Shown piece after piece: positions 31,299 through 40,597 of a DNA stretch of 64,000 nt. The DNA is from Escherichia phage AnYang. The stretch is from the sequence record MK234886; one strand, 5' to 3'. The notes below the pieces were generated by a model. The model ran no database searches. It was not told the origin of the DNA and was given only the letters and a program-made list of their open reading frames with translations. Numbering within the stretch: the stretch's first letter is position 1; each line of letters starts with the position of its first letter. The position numbers were made by a program, and so were the translations under genes.

Positions 31299-31952
31299 AT
31301 GGAACCAAAAGTAGGATTTTCATTATCAGACCTACTTTTTGGACTTCTTGATAGAATTTTTAAAGATACTTCTTCCGGGAAAGTAGTTTTTTCCCGGGTC
31401 CTAGTCGTGGTATTATTGTTCTTTATGGCACTGGTTTGGTATAAAGGCGAGTATATTCTAAACTTTTACAAAGAGACAACTTATGCCTCTTATACTGAAA
31501 TGATTAGACAAGACCAGGACAATAGATTTAAAATTGCGGCTATCGAGCAGCTCCGAATAGTGCATTCTTCTTCAGGCGCAGACTTCACAGCAATATATTC
31601 TTTTAGACCAACCAACATGAATTATTTTGTGGATATGGTGGCTTACGAGGGTAAATTACCGGAAACGGTAGACGCAAAAAACACGGGAGGGTTTCCAATT
31701 GACAAAACGTCAATAGAATATATGGCGGGAGTTAACGGGAACTATTTTGAATCAAGTACTGAAACTGTATTTCTTCCTACAAAGAAGAAAACACAATTCA
31801 CGTATATGTTTTCGTGCCCGTTTTTTAATTTGGATAACGTCTACGCCGGCTCGATATCGTTGTACTGGTATGATATCAAACCGGATTTAGGATTTCCTAG
31901 ACTTTCGTCTATGTGCGGTCAAGCCGGAAGGACATTAGGTCGAACACGTTAG
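31299..31952 (+). CDS. t: holin T
   Basis: 217 aa; LSDLLFGLLDRIFKD, one transmembrane segment, matches remembered T4 gpt; late promoter 31273..31280. Confidence 0.9.
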   Translation: MEPKVGFSLSDLLFGLLDRIFKDTSSGKVVFSRVLVVVLLFFMALVWYKGEYILNFYKETTYASYTEMIRQDQDNRFKIAAIEQLRIVHSSSGADFTAIYSFRPTNMNYFVDMVAYEGKLPETVDAKNTGGFPIDKTSIEYMAGVNGNYFESSTETVFLPTKKKTQFTYMFSCPFFNLDNVYAGSISLYWYDIKPDLGFPRLSSMCGQAGRTLGRTR

Positions 31953-32224
31953 AAATTGGAGGTATACATCATTAAATAACGGTGTATATCTTCATACCCT
32001 TCATTAAATTGCTCAATAAGAGTTTCACGCTCATCTTCAGTTAAAGACTTAAATAATTTGTTATAAGACAAACCATTAAGTTCCTTTCCATGTTCATTAC
32101 GAATACCTAACTCATTCAAAAAGGCAATAAACTCATCACGACGTTGCATGATGTCTTCACAATCCGTTTTAATCAAAATGGAAACAATAGTGGCAATTTC
32201 GGAAACGATTTCAATTTTAGTCAT
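31949..32224 (-). CDS. asiA: AsiA anti-sigma70 factor
   Basis: 91 aa, matches remembered T4 AsiA (ASILIK, FIAFLNE, FNEG..YRYL.MYT). Confidence 0.9.
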   Translation of the reverse strand: MTKIEIVSEIATIVSILIKTDCEDIMQRRDEFIAFLNELGIRNEHGKELNGLSYNKLFKSLTEDERETLIEQFNEGYEDIHRYLMMYTSNF

Positions 32225-32265
32225 AATATTCTCTTCAATTCAGTACGACATTATCTGATAGGGCT

Positions 32266-32294
32266 ATACTAACATATCCTTAGGGATTGTAAAC
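32266..32294 (-). promoter_or_regulatory. T4-type early promoter (asiA)
   Basis: -35 GTTTAC (32289..32294), 17-nt spacer, -10 TAGTAT (32266..32271). Confidence 0.6.
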
Positions 32295-32527
32295 ATGTTC
32301 TTCGTTCTTTTTAACATATTCCTGATACATCTCTTCTATTGGTTCCTGGAACTTAAAATCAGCTCCCAGGAATTCCTCAAAGCACTCCTGCTCACGCGTA
32401 CGCATGCCTGTTACGGTATTCTCTAAGTTATGGCTCATAGCCTTTACCCTTATGTTTCTGTTTGCGATTGGACTCTTTAAAATTTTTCTTCTTGTCCTTA
32501 TGGACAGAAGCCTTATTGAAATCGTGC

Positions 32528-32809
32528 TTAGCTACCAGATTGTTCACGTAATTTCCTTAATTGATATTCAAGAGAGCTGATAATTTCTTTATTAGTTGCA
32601 ATATACATATCACGTAGGAACGGCTTCAAACCTTCCATATTCCCATGGATTGTCTTAGAACTAATATTCTTTATATATTCGTGGTCTAAAGCATCCCAAG
32701 CCGGTTGGTTGACATAAGTTCCCCAATTATCTTCCACCATAACAATCAGACGTTTAATATGGTTAATATGGGCTTCGATTGCATCAATCTGGAGTTGTTT
32801 AAGATTCAT
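32528..32809 (-). CDS. hypothetical protein at the position of T4 arn
   Basis: 93 aa ORF directly after asiA; assignment is by position only. Confidence 0.35.
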   Translation of the reverse strand: MNLKQLQIDAIEAHINHIKRLIVMVEDNWGTYVNQPAWDALDHEYIKNISSKTIHGNMEGLKPFLRDMYIATNKEIISSLEYQLRKLREQSGS

Positions 32810-33297
32810 TAGTAAAGGTCCTCAGAGTAAAGTTCTTTTTCACTACCACCACGTTCAATACGTACTTGTCCAGCGTAAGTTGCAATAATCATTGCTTCTT
32901 CGCGAGTCCAATAGTTTGAATATTGGTCAATAAATCCTTGGTCGTCACCACAAACATGGTCCGACACAAGTTTATCACTTACCTGGTCAAGCACTTCTGC
33001 CATATCTTTAGAATAATGACGAGCGCCAGGAATAACCAGAGTCCCACCATCTTTTAACTTAAAGCGGTTGGCTGCACACACAATCCGACGCTGATATTTT
33101 TCATTATTGTTCCAATAGGCAATCTGCCAACAGATTTCAGGAACCTCTTCTAAAACATCCTCTTCTGTATATTCGGTGTAGTCGCCATAGGCCTGTAATT
33201 TAGCTGCTAAGCTTTCAGGCGTCTCACGAGAAAGAGCTTTATCTAACAAGGCCATACGGTCTTTAAAGGATAATTCTTTGCCTTTTAATGGATTCAT
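32809..33297 (-). CDS. hypothetical protein (162 aa)
   Basis: ORF track. Confidence 0.4.
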   Translation of the reverse strand: MNPLKGKELSFKDRMALLDKALSRETPESLAAKLQAYGDYTEYTEEDVLEEVPEICWQIAYWNNNEKYQRRIVCAANRFKLKDGGTLVIPGARHYSKDMAEVLDQVSDKLVSDHVCGDDQGFIDQYSNYWTREEAMIIATYAGQVRIERGGSEKELYSEDLY

Positions 33298-33641
33298 TTG
33301 AAAATCACCTTATGGCCGTTATCTTTAGCGAATTCTTGAATTTTAGTGGCGGTTTCAATTAAATCACCTTTATAATAGGATGATAATTTAATATCAACTG
33401 TTTGGCCTTCGCCATACGAAGTTATATTTACTTTTTCTATAAAAATAATCTCAAGAAATCGCAATAACTGCATACCAAATTCAAGATGAACATTATCAAT
33501 CTGGAGATTAAGTTGGTAAATTTTCTTAATACCACTTACCAGAGCTACGCGCTCGTCCCAATCATTACGCTGCTCTTCAATCAATTTAAGGGAATGACCT
33601 TCACCGTCCCAGTCAAGTTCCATAGGAATCATTTGAACCAT
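33294..33641 (-). CDS. hypothetical protein (115 aa)
   Basis: ORF track. Confidence 0.4.
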   Translation of the reverse strand: MVQMIPMELDWDGEGHSLKLIEEQRNDWDERVALVSGIKKIYQLNLQIDNVHLEFGMQLLRFLEIIFIEKVNITSYGEGQTVDIKLSSYYKGDLIETATKIQEFAKDNGHKVIFK

Positions 33642-33958
33642 CCTTTAACACGCTGCCATAAAGTTTTCTGTTGAGCTTTATTAACACCAATTGAACGAAT
33701 AACCGGCTGTGATTCCTGGTATTCTTTATAGTCGGCTTTATAAACTTCATAAGCGGCCGGAACAAAGGTGCTGATTGCTGCCATAAAGTTCTTACGAATT
33801 CCCATAGAAGCTTCAGAACCACCACGGATGATTAAGTATTTACCTGCTTTAATCTTAACAATAGTGCCGAGATAAGCGCCATGGTACCAAATGTCCCAAC
33901 CTTCTTGAGTAGGTTCTGCACAACGACGAAGTTCATTAACAATATTCAGCTTGTTCAT
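33629..33958 (-). CDS. hypothetical protein (109 aa)
   Basis: ORF track. Confidence 0.4.
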   Translation of the reverse strand: MNKLNIVNELRRCAEPTQEGWDIWYHGAYLGTIVKIKAGKYLIIRGGSEASMGIRKNFMAAISTFVPAAYEVYKADYKEYQESQPVIRSIGVNKAQQKTLWQRVKGWFK

Positions 33959-33976
33959 AATAATTTCCTCAGTCAG

Positions 33977-34609
33977 TTAAATTGCGTTGGTTACGGTTTT
34001 GATAACTTCAGATGATACGTTTTGGAAGTCGATATAAGTATTCTTACCACCAGTCTTAATCTTAACATCAAGATTCAAGGAAGTAAACACTTGTTTTTCT
34101 TTATCAGTCATATTATAACCGAAGATGCGCATCATTCCGTCACGACGGACTTCGATTTGACGAATACCATTGGTACGTTTGGCGAATCGAACTTCAAGGT
34201 TGCTACGGTTTTCAGCAATTTCACGAATCTCGATACGGTCTTCTAATAAAGCTTTAACTTCATCAGCCAGTGTTACCATTTCAGGAGTAACACCACGTGA
34301 ACTACGCGTTTTACGTTTTTCCAACATCTCTGGGGCATTTTCAGAAGCGAACAGGTCAGCAGCTTTTTGAACTAGGTCCATTGCTTCACCCGTAGCCACT
34401 AAACCATCACCAGATTTTTCGATGAATCCTTTCTTAATCAATACACCGATGTTAGAGTTAACTACCGCAGCACTAAATTGCTCACTCAGGGCTTCACGGA
34501 CTTCGCCTGAAGTGATGAAGTTATGCTTGATGATATGTACTAAGATCGAAGCAGTTTTTTCATTCAGGACGTCTTCAGAAGCTTTGATGATATAAGTAAT
34601 TTTAGACAT
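33977..34609 (-). CDS. motA: MotA middle-promoter transcription activator
   Basis: MSKITYIIKAS.DVLNEKTA...GVLIKKG..EKSGDGL; strong match to remembered T4 MotA. Confidence 0.9.
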   Translation of the reverse strand: MSKITYIIKASEDVLNEKTASILVHIIKHNFITSGEVREALSEQFSAAVVNSNIGVLIKKGFIEKSGDGLVATGEAMDLVQKAADLFASENAPEMLEKRKTRSSRGVTPEMVTLADEVKALLEDRIEIREIAENRSNLEVRFAKRTNGIRQIEVRRDGMMRIFGYNMTDKEKQVFTSLNLDVKIKTGGKNTYIDFQNVSSEVIKTVTNAI

Positions 34610-34682
34610 TTTAATCTCCGATAACCATTTATTTGATAGGTCTATAATAACATTATCATAGACCTTTGTATATAATTTTTAA

Positions 34683-34922
34683 TTAAATTGCGCTTTTAAC
34701 ATAATCAACATAAGCTTCAACAACTTTCTTAGAAGAAATTTTAGCTTGACCACGACCATTACCAGTTTTTAAATTTTTCTTAACAACCACTTTATCTGAC
34801 TTAACACCCCATACATGGATATAAGTATCTAAATCACAATCAAAGAACATTGCATGATCGGTATTAGCGTTGTAGAAAAAAGAATTAATATTTAAGGTTT
34901 TCATTTTGTATCTCCATTTCAC
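34683..34922 (-). CDS. hypothetical protein (79 aa)
   Basis: ORF track; promoter 34943..34971 upstream. Confidence 0.4.
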   Translation of the reverse strand: MKWRYKMKTLNINSFFYNANTDHAMFFDCDLDTYIHVWGVKSDKVVVKKNLKTGNGRGQAKISSKKVVEAYVDYVKSAI

Positions 34923-34942
34923 TCTGTTGTTTTGATAGGTCT

Positions 34943-34971
34943 ATAGTATCATGTTTAAAGCAGAAGTAAAC
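34943..34971 (-). promoter_or_regulatory. T4-type early promoter
   Basis: -35 GTTTAC (34966..34971), 17-nt spacer, -10 TACTAT (34943..34948). Confidence 0.6.
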
Positions 34972-34987
34972 ACTTTTTTTCACTAAA

Positions 34988-35013
34988 CCCAAAAAAGGAA
35001 CCCGAAGGTTCCT
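34988..35013 (-). terminator. intrinsic terminator downstream of gene 52
   Basis: GGAACC-TTCG-GGTTCC hairpin followed by TTTTTTGGG. Confidence 0.7.
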
Positions 35014-35117
35014 TACTTTTTAAAGTGGGCCGCTATTAAACCTATAGCTAAGCCTGTCGCCAGGCCTAGAATAACAGCAAAGATACAGAGTAACAAGAAC
35101 TCGACTCCAAGGCTCAT
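35013..35117 (-). CDS. small hydrophobic peptide (34 aa), not in ORF track
   Basis: Manual translation MSLGVEFLLLCIFAVILGLATGLAIGLIAAHFKK; ATGA overlap with the gene 52 stop; terminator immediately downstream. Confidence 0.3.
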   Translation of the reverse strand: MSLGVEFLLLCIFAVILGLATGLAIGLIAAHFKK

Positions 35118-36442
35118 AGAGCCTCCAAATCTTTAACATACTCAGTTACCACATCAGTGGTTTTCCAGTATTGGTGCTCTTCTTTCTTAGCTTTAGCTTC
35201 GAGGGCCAGTTTCTTGGCTTCATCGGATGTGATATGGAAAATGTTCATTGCAACCAGTTTATCGGCATATTCGCCATAGACTTTATTACCAGCCAATTCT
35301 TCGGTTAAAACCTTACGAGTCTTACCTTGGATAACCACTACGCCATCAATAACATCTTTGATGAATGTAGCTTTAGCCAATGCCAGTTTAAAAGCTTCTT
35401 CGGTTTCGATGATTTTACCATCAATACGTTTCTGTACAAAGGTCTTACGGACCTCAACGAAATCACGAATCAGTTCAACTGCATCTTCGTAAACCTTAAG
35501 TTTACCTTTTTCATTAATGACGGTCAGGTTTTGTGAACGACGTTCGATTAACCCGAAGTCCTTCATGATTTTTTCGTGCTTCTTATTTTCTTCGGTAGGC
35601 AATTCGTATTCTTTACGAATCTTAACCTTGAAGCCAAAACCGTTCTCGTCACAGTCATCATCATATGTGATATACCCTTTGTCTTCCAGAGGGTCTAATA
35701 TCTTGGCCACATATGTTTCACGGTCATACTTATACGGAATTTCCGTGATATGCATTTGGGTTCGAGATGTGAACTTATACGTTCCACGAATCTCATAACT
35801 ACCAGGCTCAATCTCAACAACTTCACCACGGAATTCAGGATAAGCCACTTTGGGTTTGGTTACTCGTTTTTCCTGAAGAACTTGCAATACAGCTTTCTTA
35901 ACAGAATCAAAACTATGAGGAAGAATATTAGTTGCATAACCAGTTGCAATACCGGAAACGCCATTAAGAAGAACAGTAGGAATAATAGGCAGATAAAAAG
36001 CCGGTGGCTTATGTTCGACATCCGCATGAACCGGAGCATATTCTGTGTCCTTATAAACTTTTGCAAAGTTACTTCCTATACGAGCAAAAATATAACGAGA
36101 GGCCGCAGCTTTTTGAACCAATCGGGAACCAAAGTTACCTTGACCGTCTAACAATGGATAGTTGTTGTTCCATGTGTTGGCCATCAAAGCCCCTGCTTCC
36201 TGAGCAGAACCTTCGCCGTGGTGATATCCAAGGTCGGCTACGCCGCCAGCAATAGAAGCTAGTTTGTGGAATTTTTCTTTATTACCACGAGCCATATCAA
36301 GACAACGAGCCACTACAAAACGTTGTACAGGTTTAAAGCCATCAATCATATTTGGAATGGCTCGGTTTTCGACAGTATACATTGCATAAGCCAATGCTTC
36401 ATTGTCGATAATACTTTTTAAACCACGAGATGTTAATTCCAT
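35114..36442 (-). CDS. 52: gp52 topoisomerase II medium subunit (GyrA-like)
   Basis: 442 aa; N-terminus AYAMYTVENRAIP..DGFKPVQR is a type IIA topoisomerase signature. Confidence 0.9.
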   Translation of the reverse strand: MELTSRGLKSIIDNEALAYAMYTVENRAIPNMIDGFKPVQRFVVARCLDMARGNKEKFHKLASIAGGVADLGYHHGEGSAQEAGALMANTWNNNYPLLDGQGNFGSRLVQKAAASRYIFARIGSNFAKVYKDTEYAPVHADVEHKPPAFYLPIIPTVLLNGVSGIATGYATNILPHSFDSVKKAVLQVLQEKRVTKPKVAYPEFRGEVVEIEPGSYEIRGTYKFTSRTQMHITEIPYKYDRETYVAKILDPLEDKGYITYDDDCDENGFGFKVKIRKEYELPTEENKKHEKIMKDFGLIERRSQNLTVINEKGKLKVYEDAVELIRDFVEVRKTFVQKRIDGKIIETEEAFKLALAKATFIKDVIDGVVVIQGKTRKVLTEELAGNKVYGEYADKLVAMNIFHITSDEAKKLALEAKAKKEEHQYWKTTDVVTEYVKDLEAL

Positions 36443-36446
36443 AATT

Positions 36447-36587
36447 TTACCATACTAGTGAATGAATAGCCATAATAACATCGGAAATAAAAAGCACAAC
36501 TTGGATAAGTCCGAACATTACTCCATAATACAGTGCTACTAATAAAGCAGCAAGGGCTAACGAGTAGCCCAAGATTTTCTTAATCAT
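36447..36587 (-). CDS. small membrane peptide (46 aa), not in ORF track
   Basis: Manual translation MIKKILGYSLALAALLVALYYGVMFGLIQVVLFISDVIMAIHSLVW. Confidence 0.3.
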   Translation of the reverse strand: MIKKILGYSLALAALLVALYYGVMFGLIQVVLFISDVIMAIHSLVW

Positions 36588-36741
36588 TTTTAATCATCTT
36601 AAGTAAACCGACAGAAGTAGAAAGAACCCAGCCAATAAACAGAAAACTTAAGAATATCGGACCAGGGGTCCACACACCTAAAAAGAAGCAAACTGAACAG
36701 ACAATAGCCATAATAAGTTCAATAAAAACTAGGATAATCAT
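36580..36741 (-). CDS. small membrane protein (53 aa), not in ORF track; ac-like position
   Basis: Manual translation MIILVFIELIMAIVCSVCFFLGVWTPGPIFLSFLFIGWVLSTSVGLLKMIKND; SD GAGGA. Confidence 0.35.
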   Translation of the reverse strand: MIILVFIELIMAIVCSVCFFLGVWTPGPIFLSFLFIGWVLSTSVGLLKMIKND

Positions 36742-36751
36742 ATTTTCCTCA

Positions 36752-36829
36752 TTAGCGTCCGAAGACGCCTTTAGTTTTAAGATTGTTACGATAGAACTGC
36801 ATCACATGTTCGTTATGGAAATTGCTCAT
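36752..36829 (-). CDS. stp: Stp peptide (25 aa)
   Basis: Manual translation [25 protein letters not shown] matches the remembered T4 Stp peptide; ATG overlaps the ndd stop. Confidence 0.7.
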
Positions 36830-37278
36830 TAGTACGCCTGCAGAATGAATTTAAAGTTATCAGCCAACATACGGTTCATTTCTTCTAGTGTCTGGAGGTC
36901 GGAACTATGATTACGAGTGAAAGCCATTGCAATTTGACCCTTACCAAAACCTGTAGTCAGAGGTTTCATCTTAGAAGCTGGTACATAAAGAACTTCATAC
37001 ACAACACCGTTCACTGCCATAGTGCGGGCTGATTGAGAACGTTTCTTACGAATGTTAGCCACGATACCATCAAGACCTTGAGCCGAACGTTGATTACCGA
37101 CATAAAAACGAGCCGCTACGACACGAGAATCAGCTCCACCTTTAACAAAGAAGTAGAAGCCTGGCTGGGCAGAGATTTCTTTAGAAGGTTTACCATTTTG
37201 GTATTCACCGTTCTTAACATAAGCAACAGTAGTAGCACCAGCAGACAGAACGTTACGGCGAGTCATATAAGTATTCAT
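36829..37278 (-). CDS. ndd: Ndd nucleoid-disruption protein
   Basis: C-terminal half ([41 protein letters not shown]) matches remembered T4 Ndd. Confidence 0.85.
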
Positions 37279-37327
37279 ATCAATTTCCTCAGTAGATTAA
37301 TGTTTTGTTATCCAGTCAACGAGAACC

Positions 37328-37356
37328 ATTATAACATGATTCTCGAGGTTGTAAAC
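37328..37356 (-). promoter_or_regulatory. T4-type early promoter with stem-loop (ndd)
   Basis: -35 GTTTAC (37351..37356), 17-nt spacer, -10 TATAAT (37328..37333); inverted repeat GAGAA...TTCTC. Confidence 0.6.
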
Positions 37357-37724
37357 TATTTTTGTAGCTGTTCTAAAATAAATCCGCTCGTATAAAAGGT
37401 AGCATTATAAACCTTGTTCAGCGGGTTCAAAGCACGTCCATAGGTATCACATAATTCTTTGATAACATTTTCATAACTCACATAATAGCCGCTATGATAA
37501 TACGGGTCCATACTCATACGAAATTTAATGAACCGATAAAAGCCTGTTTCCGGGTCTTGAACGAAAACGAAATCAGCACTCATCATAATTTTTGAATCTA
37601 CGCCAGGAATCATACTTTGATTGAATGCCACCGATGCATCCTGAAGGCTGAGTTGTTTAAAGAACATTACCTTAGCATTACCAAAAAAGATTTTAGACAT
37701 GATAATTTCCTTATTCAGCGTCAA
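37356..37724 (-). CDS. hypothetical protein (122 aa)
   Basis: ORF track. Confidence 0.4.
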   Translation of the reverse strand: MTLNKEIIMSKIFFGNAKVMFFKQLSLQDASVAFNQSMIPGVDSKIMMSADFVFVQDPETGFYRFIKFRMSMDPYYHSGYYVSYENVIKELCDTYGRALNPLNKVYNATFYTSGFILEQLQK

Positions 37725-37923
37725 CAGAAATAGCCATCAGTTCATCAACAGTAAGACACTGTACACTAGGGCCTACGCAAAAACGCTTAGTTGAATCATA
37801 AAGGTCTGTAGCATTTACAGGCTGTAATTCACCACCAACTTGCAAAGGAGAAATGCGAATCAGTTGTTGACCATTATGTAATACAAAGCTCTCACCAACT
37901 GCAACATCTTTAAAAAGTTTCAT
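37711..37923 (-). CDS. hypothetical protein; start moved to ATG 37923
   Basis: ORF-track extension covers the SD and promoter leader; SD GAGGA. Confidence 0.4.
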   Translation of the reverse strand: MKLFKDVAVGESFVLHNGQQLIRISPLQVGGELQPVNATDLYDSTKRFCVGPSVQCLTVDELMAISVDAE

Positions 37924-37933
37924 AATATTTTCC

Positions 37934-38044
37934 TCAGAAGTTAAAGAATACACGTATATGGTCAATCATAAAAACGATTGGGAAAATGCTCAATACCATT
38001 AACAACACAAACATGTTCCAAATTGCTTTAAGTAAGTTTTTCAT
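37934..38044 (-). CDS. small hydrophobic peptide (36-38 aa), not in ORF track
   Basis: Manual translation M(IM)KNLLKAIWNMFVLLMVLSIFPIVFMIDHIRVFFNF downstream of the promoter at 38071..38099. Confidence 0.25.
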   Translation of the reverse strand: MKNLLKAIWNMFVLLMVLSIFPIVFMIDHIRVFFNF

Positions 38045-38070
38045 AATCATCTCCATTAGTTGATAGGTCT

Positions 38071-38099
38071 ATAGTATCATGATTAATGGAGATGTATAC
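38071..38099 (-). promoter_or_regulatory. T4-type early promoter with stem-loop
   Basis: -35 GTATAC (38094..38099), -10 TACTAT (38071..38076); 11-bp inverted repeat CATCTCCATTA/TAATGGAGATG encloses the -10. Confidence 0.5.
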
Positions 38100-38189
38100 T
38101 GATTTATGCCAATTTCCACAACAATAAACTAAAACATACGCAAATCACTGGGATACAGGCCAACCAAATAAGGCACCACATTTTGCTAC

Positions 38190-38456
38190 TCAAAACACCA
38201 CCTCTTTTATCTCAATCAATCCCCTGTACAATGCAGTGCGGAGGTCATAAAGAATATCTATGCCATCAACATTATCCAGTTTTCCATCAATAAGCTTTTT
38301 TAAATCTTCCTTGGATGCGATTAAGGGACGGAGAAATTTACAATCAGACAGAGATAACTCTGTAGTAACATCATCACCTTCGCCTGACGCGTCATACATA
38401 GCGGCAACAACCATACCTGTAACTTTGTGTTTAGCGTAATATAATTTGATATCCAT
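38190..38456 (-). CDS. hypothetical protein; start moved to ATG 38456
   Basis: Promoter 38485..38514 and SD GAGGA precede the internal Met. Confidence 0.4.
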   Translation of the reverse strand: MDIKLYYAKHKVTGMVVAAMYDASGEGDDVTTELSLSDCKFLRPLIASKEDLKKLIDGKLDNVDGIDILYDLRTALYRGLIEIKEVVF

Positions 38457-38484
38457 TTTGTTCTCCTCATTAGTTGATAGGAAG

Positions 38485-38514
38485 ATAGTAACACCATCCA
38501 TGGCGTATGTAAAC
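38485..38514 (-). promoter_or_regulatory. T4-type early promoter
   Basis: -35 GTTTAC (38509..38514), 18-nt spacer, -10 TACTAT (38485..38490). Confidence 0.6.
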
Positions 38515-38526
38515 ACTTATTTTAAA

Positions 38527-39108
38527 TTATAAGGCGAGATACCAGCCGTTGTAATTGCTCTTACGGACTAGCTTTTTGATGGCTTCTCTGTCACCAGAGA
38601 ACTTAGGAGTGAACAGGATGTCGCCTGCCTCATTTACTGAAGTGTCGAATATGATTATACAGTCTGCAACTTTATGATTCAAGAGCGGTCCCAGGTTAAT
38701 CCCTGTTCCATAAGGGAAGTCACCAGAGTATCCTGTAGTGCAGGAAATCCACTTAGAATCTGATTGGTGAGTCTTGACCTCTACACGTAGTCCACAATAC
38801 ATAGGATGGGCTAAAACATCCCATGCATAGGTATAAGGGTCGTCATGGTCTTCTAGACCACTGTTAACGTATCCTTTCAACCAATCGGCAACCATGTACT
38901 CGGCATACGTTGCAATGACACACCGAGTCAATACTTCTTTCTTATCTTGGGACGGGTCTTGGCTTAAGGAATACAATACGGTATCCTTAATCTTAACCTT
39001 CATTTCGCCTGTTAAATCAGATGTCTTCAGGGTAAATGTCGGCATCGCTGCCAATCGGAGTAGTCCCGGGTTCGTCTTCACCATAAATGCCTCGAATATG
39101 AAGTTCAC
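38527..39108 (-). CDS. hypothetical protein (near the T4 denB position)
   Basis: ORF track; overlaps the upstream ORF, so the true start is probably internal. Confidence 0.4.
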   Translation of the reverse strand: MNFIFEAFMVKTNPGLLRLAAMPTFTLKTSDLTGEMKVKIKDTVLYSLSQDPSQDKKEVLTRCVIATYAEYMVADWLKGYVNSGLEDHDDPYTYAWDVLAHPMYCGLRVEVKTHQSDSKWISCTTGYSGDFPYGTGINLGPLLNHKVADCIIIFDTSVNEAGDILFTPKFSGDREAIKKLVRKSNYNGWYLAL

Positions 39109-39325
39109 CGTAATAAATTCGGTCGTCGGGTTCTAAAGTATCAGAATCAATTAAAGGAAATTCACCTTCGACCACCTCATCGCATTCTAAAAAAGCGTAA
39201 TGAACATCGCCAGGGTGTTTAACGAGCTTAGCACAATAAACAGTACCTGCTTTATGGAACCCACGCAAATTAGAAATCTTGATATCACGTTCGCCGACAT
39301 TTAGGTAATTAATCATTTTACTCAC
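39017..39325 (-). CDS. hypothetical protein (102 aa)
   Basis: ORF track. Confidence 0.4.
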   Translation of the reverse strand: MSKMINYLNVGERDIKISNLRGFHKAGTVYCAKLVKHPGDVHYAFLECDEVVEGEFPLIDSDTLEPDDRIYYGELHIRGIYGEDEPGTTPIGSDADIYPEDI

Positions 39326-39515
39326 CGAAATAAGAAATACGAACTTCTAAACAATGAGCATAAGCACCCATCGCATCCAGTTGTGCAATCAGTAACCCTT
39401 GTTGACGAACATCTAGAGTTTCAAAAACACCACCTTTAATAAAGGTTTCTAGTGCATTAATTTTAAGAACCAATTGGTCGTATTCTTCAACTACACGTGC
39501 TTGGTAACCTAACAT
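39318..39515 (-). CDS. hypothetical protein (65 aa)
   Basis: ORF track; SD AAGAGGA. Confidence 0.35.
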   Translation of the reverse strand: MLGYQARVVEEYDQLVLKINALETFIKGGVFETLDVRQQGLLIAQLDAMGAYAHCLEVRISYFGE

Positions 39516-39551
39516 AATTTCCTCTTAGGAGGCCGAAGCCTCCATTTAGTT

Positions 39552-40583
39552 TTAACGTAAATCTGATTTAAACTGATCGGTAACGTCTTCCAGAACTTCA
39601 TAATAACATACGCGCATTTTAGCATCACCATAATCAACAGGAATACTAACAACATCACGTGGGTTAACTTTACACGAAACTACACGGTTGTTTGAATTAC
39701 CGAATGCGCCGATATAGCTACGAGAGCAAACGTGCAGACCACTTGAACAAGTTACTTCATCATCGTCATTTACACGAGAACGTGGCATTTTAACCGGTTT
39801 GCCTGGTGAGTTATCAAATGTACCGGTACGGCAGTCGGTGTAATCAGAGTTAACTACCTTCCACGTAATAAAGTGACCATCTTCGGTGATTTTGATATCG
39901 TTTGCAACCAGGAAGTCGAACAAACGTTGTACAGCTTTTTCGCTTGGGTTTTCTAACAGGTTTTCAAGGAAAGGCAGGTAGAATTCGAAGTCTTCACCAT
40001 TTTCCATTGAAGCAATAATACGGTCGATTAACCCTGAACGAAGTTCGATACCTTGATACATCAAGCGTCCACCTTCAATACGAACGTTGCCTTTAACAAA
40101 TGCCTTAACAGCTTCTTTAATGGAAATCAGTTTAATCGCATCATCAAAACGGGATTCTTTAAGAGCCTGTACGATGGCATCAAAATGTTTGTTCTTATTA
40201 GTGGTGTTCCATACTGTACGGCCTTCAGTGATGGACACGAATTTAGAACTAGCGTTCCAAATAATTTCTGGACGAGAACCGCCAATAGTAACTTCAACAG
40301 GAACTGCACGAGGCTCGTTAGGAACCGTTACTTTGATATTTCCGGTAATAACCACTTCTGTTGGGGCATTAAGAGGTACAGTAGGTGCTTTTTTAAGAGA
40401 TTCGGCCAAAGAATTAGCCACTTGAGAACGTTTAGCTTCTTCAGCATTTTTCAGGACTTTACGAATGGTATCAACCGAAACACTATACCAGTCAGCTAGT
40501 TCTTGCTGAGTATAATTACCGGATTTATAGAGGGAAACTACTTTCTCTTGTTCAGATTTAGCCAGACACTTAATATTGTACAT
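39552..40583 (-). CDS. rIIB: rIIB
   Basis: Extensive match to remembered T4 rIIB (MYNIKCL, GNYTQQELADW, FEFYLPFLENLLENPS, HVCS.SYI). Confidence 0.9.
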   Translation of the reverse strand: MYNIKCLAKSEQEKVVSLYKSGNYTQQELADWYSVSVDTIRKVLKNAEEAKRSQVANSLAESLKKAPTVPLNAPTEVVITGNIKVTVPNEPRAVPVEVTIGGSRPEIIWNASSKFVSITEGRTVWNTTNKNKHFDAIVQALKESRFDDAIKLISIKEAVKAFVKGNVRIEGGRLMYQGIELRSGLIDRIIASMENGEDFEFYLPFLENLLENPSEKAVQRLFDFLVANDIKITEDGHFITWKVVNSDYTDCRTGTFDNSPGKPVKMPRSRVNDDDEVTCSSGLHVCSRSYIGAFGNSNNRVVSCKVNPRDVVSIPVDYGDAKMRVCYYEVLEDVTDQFKSDLR

Positions 40584-40597
40584 AATATTTCCTTAGA

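Noticed and set aside
38190-38516. Recurrent peptide LSTNEENKM at the N-termini of several ORF-track entries, considered as a shared protein domain
   Set aside because: It is the translation of the conserved promoter leader and SD (CTATCAACTAATGAGGAAAAT); the true starts are downstream.
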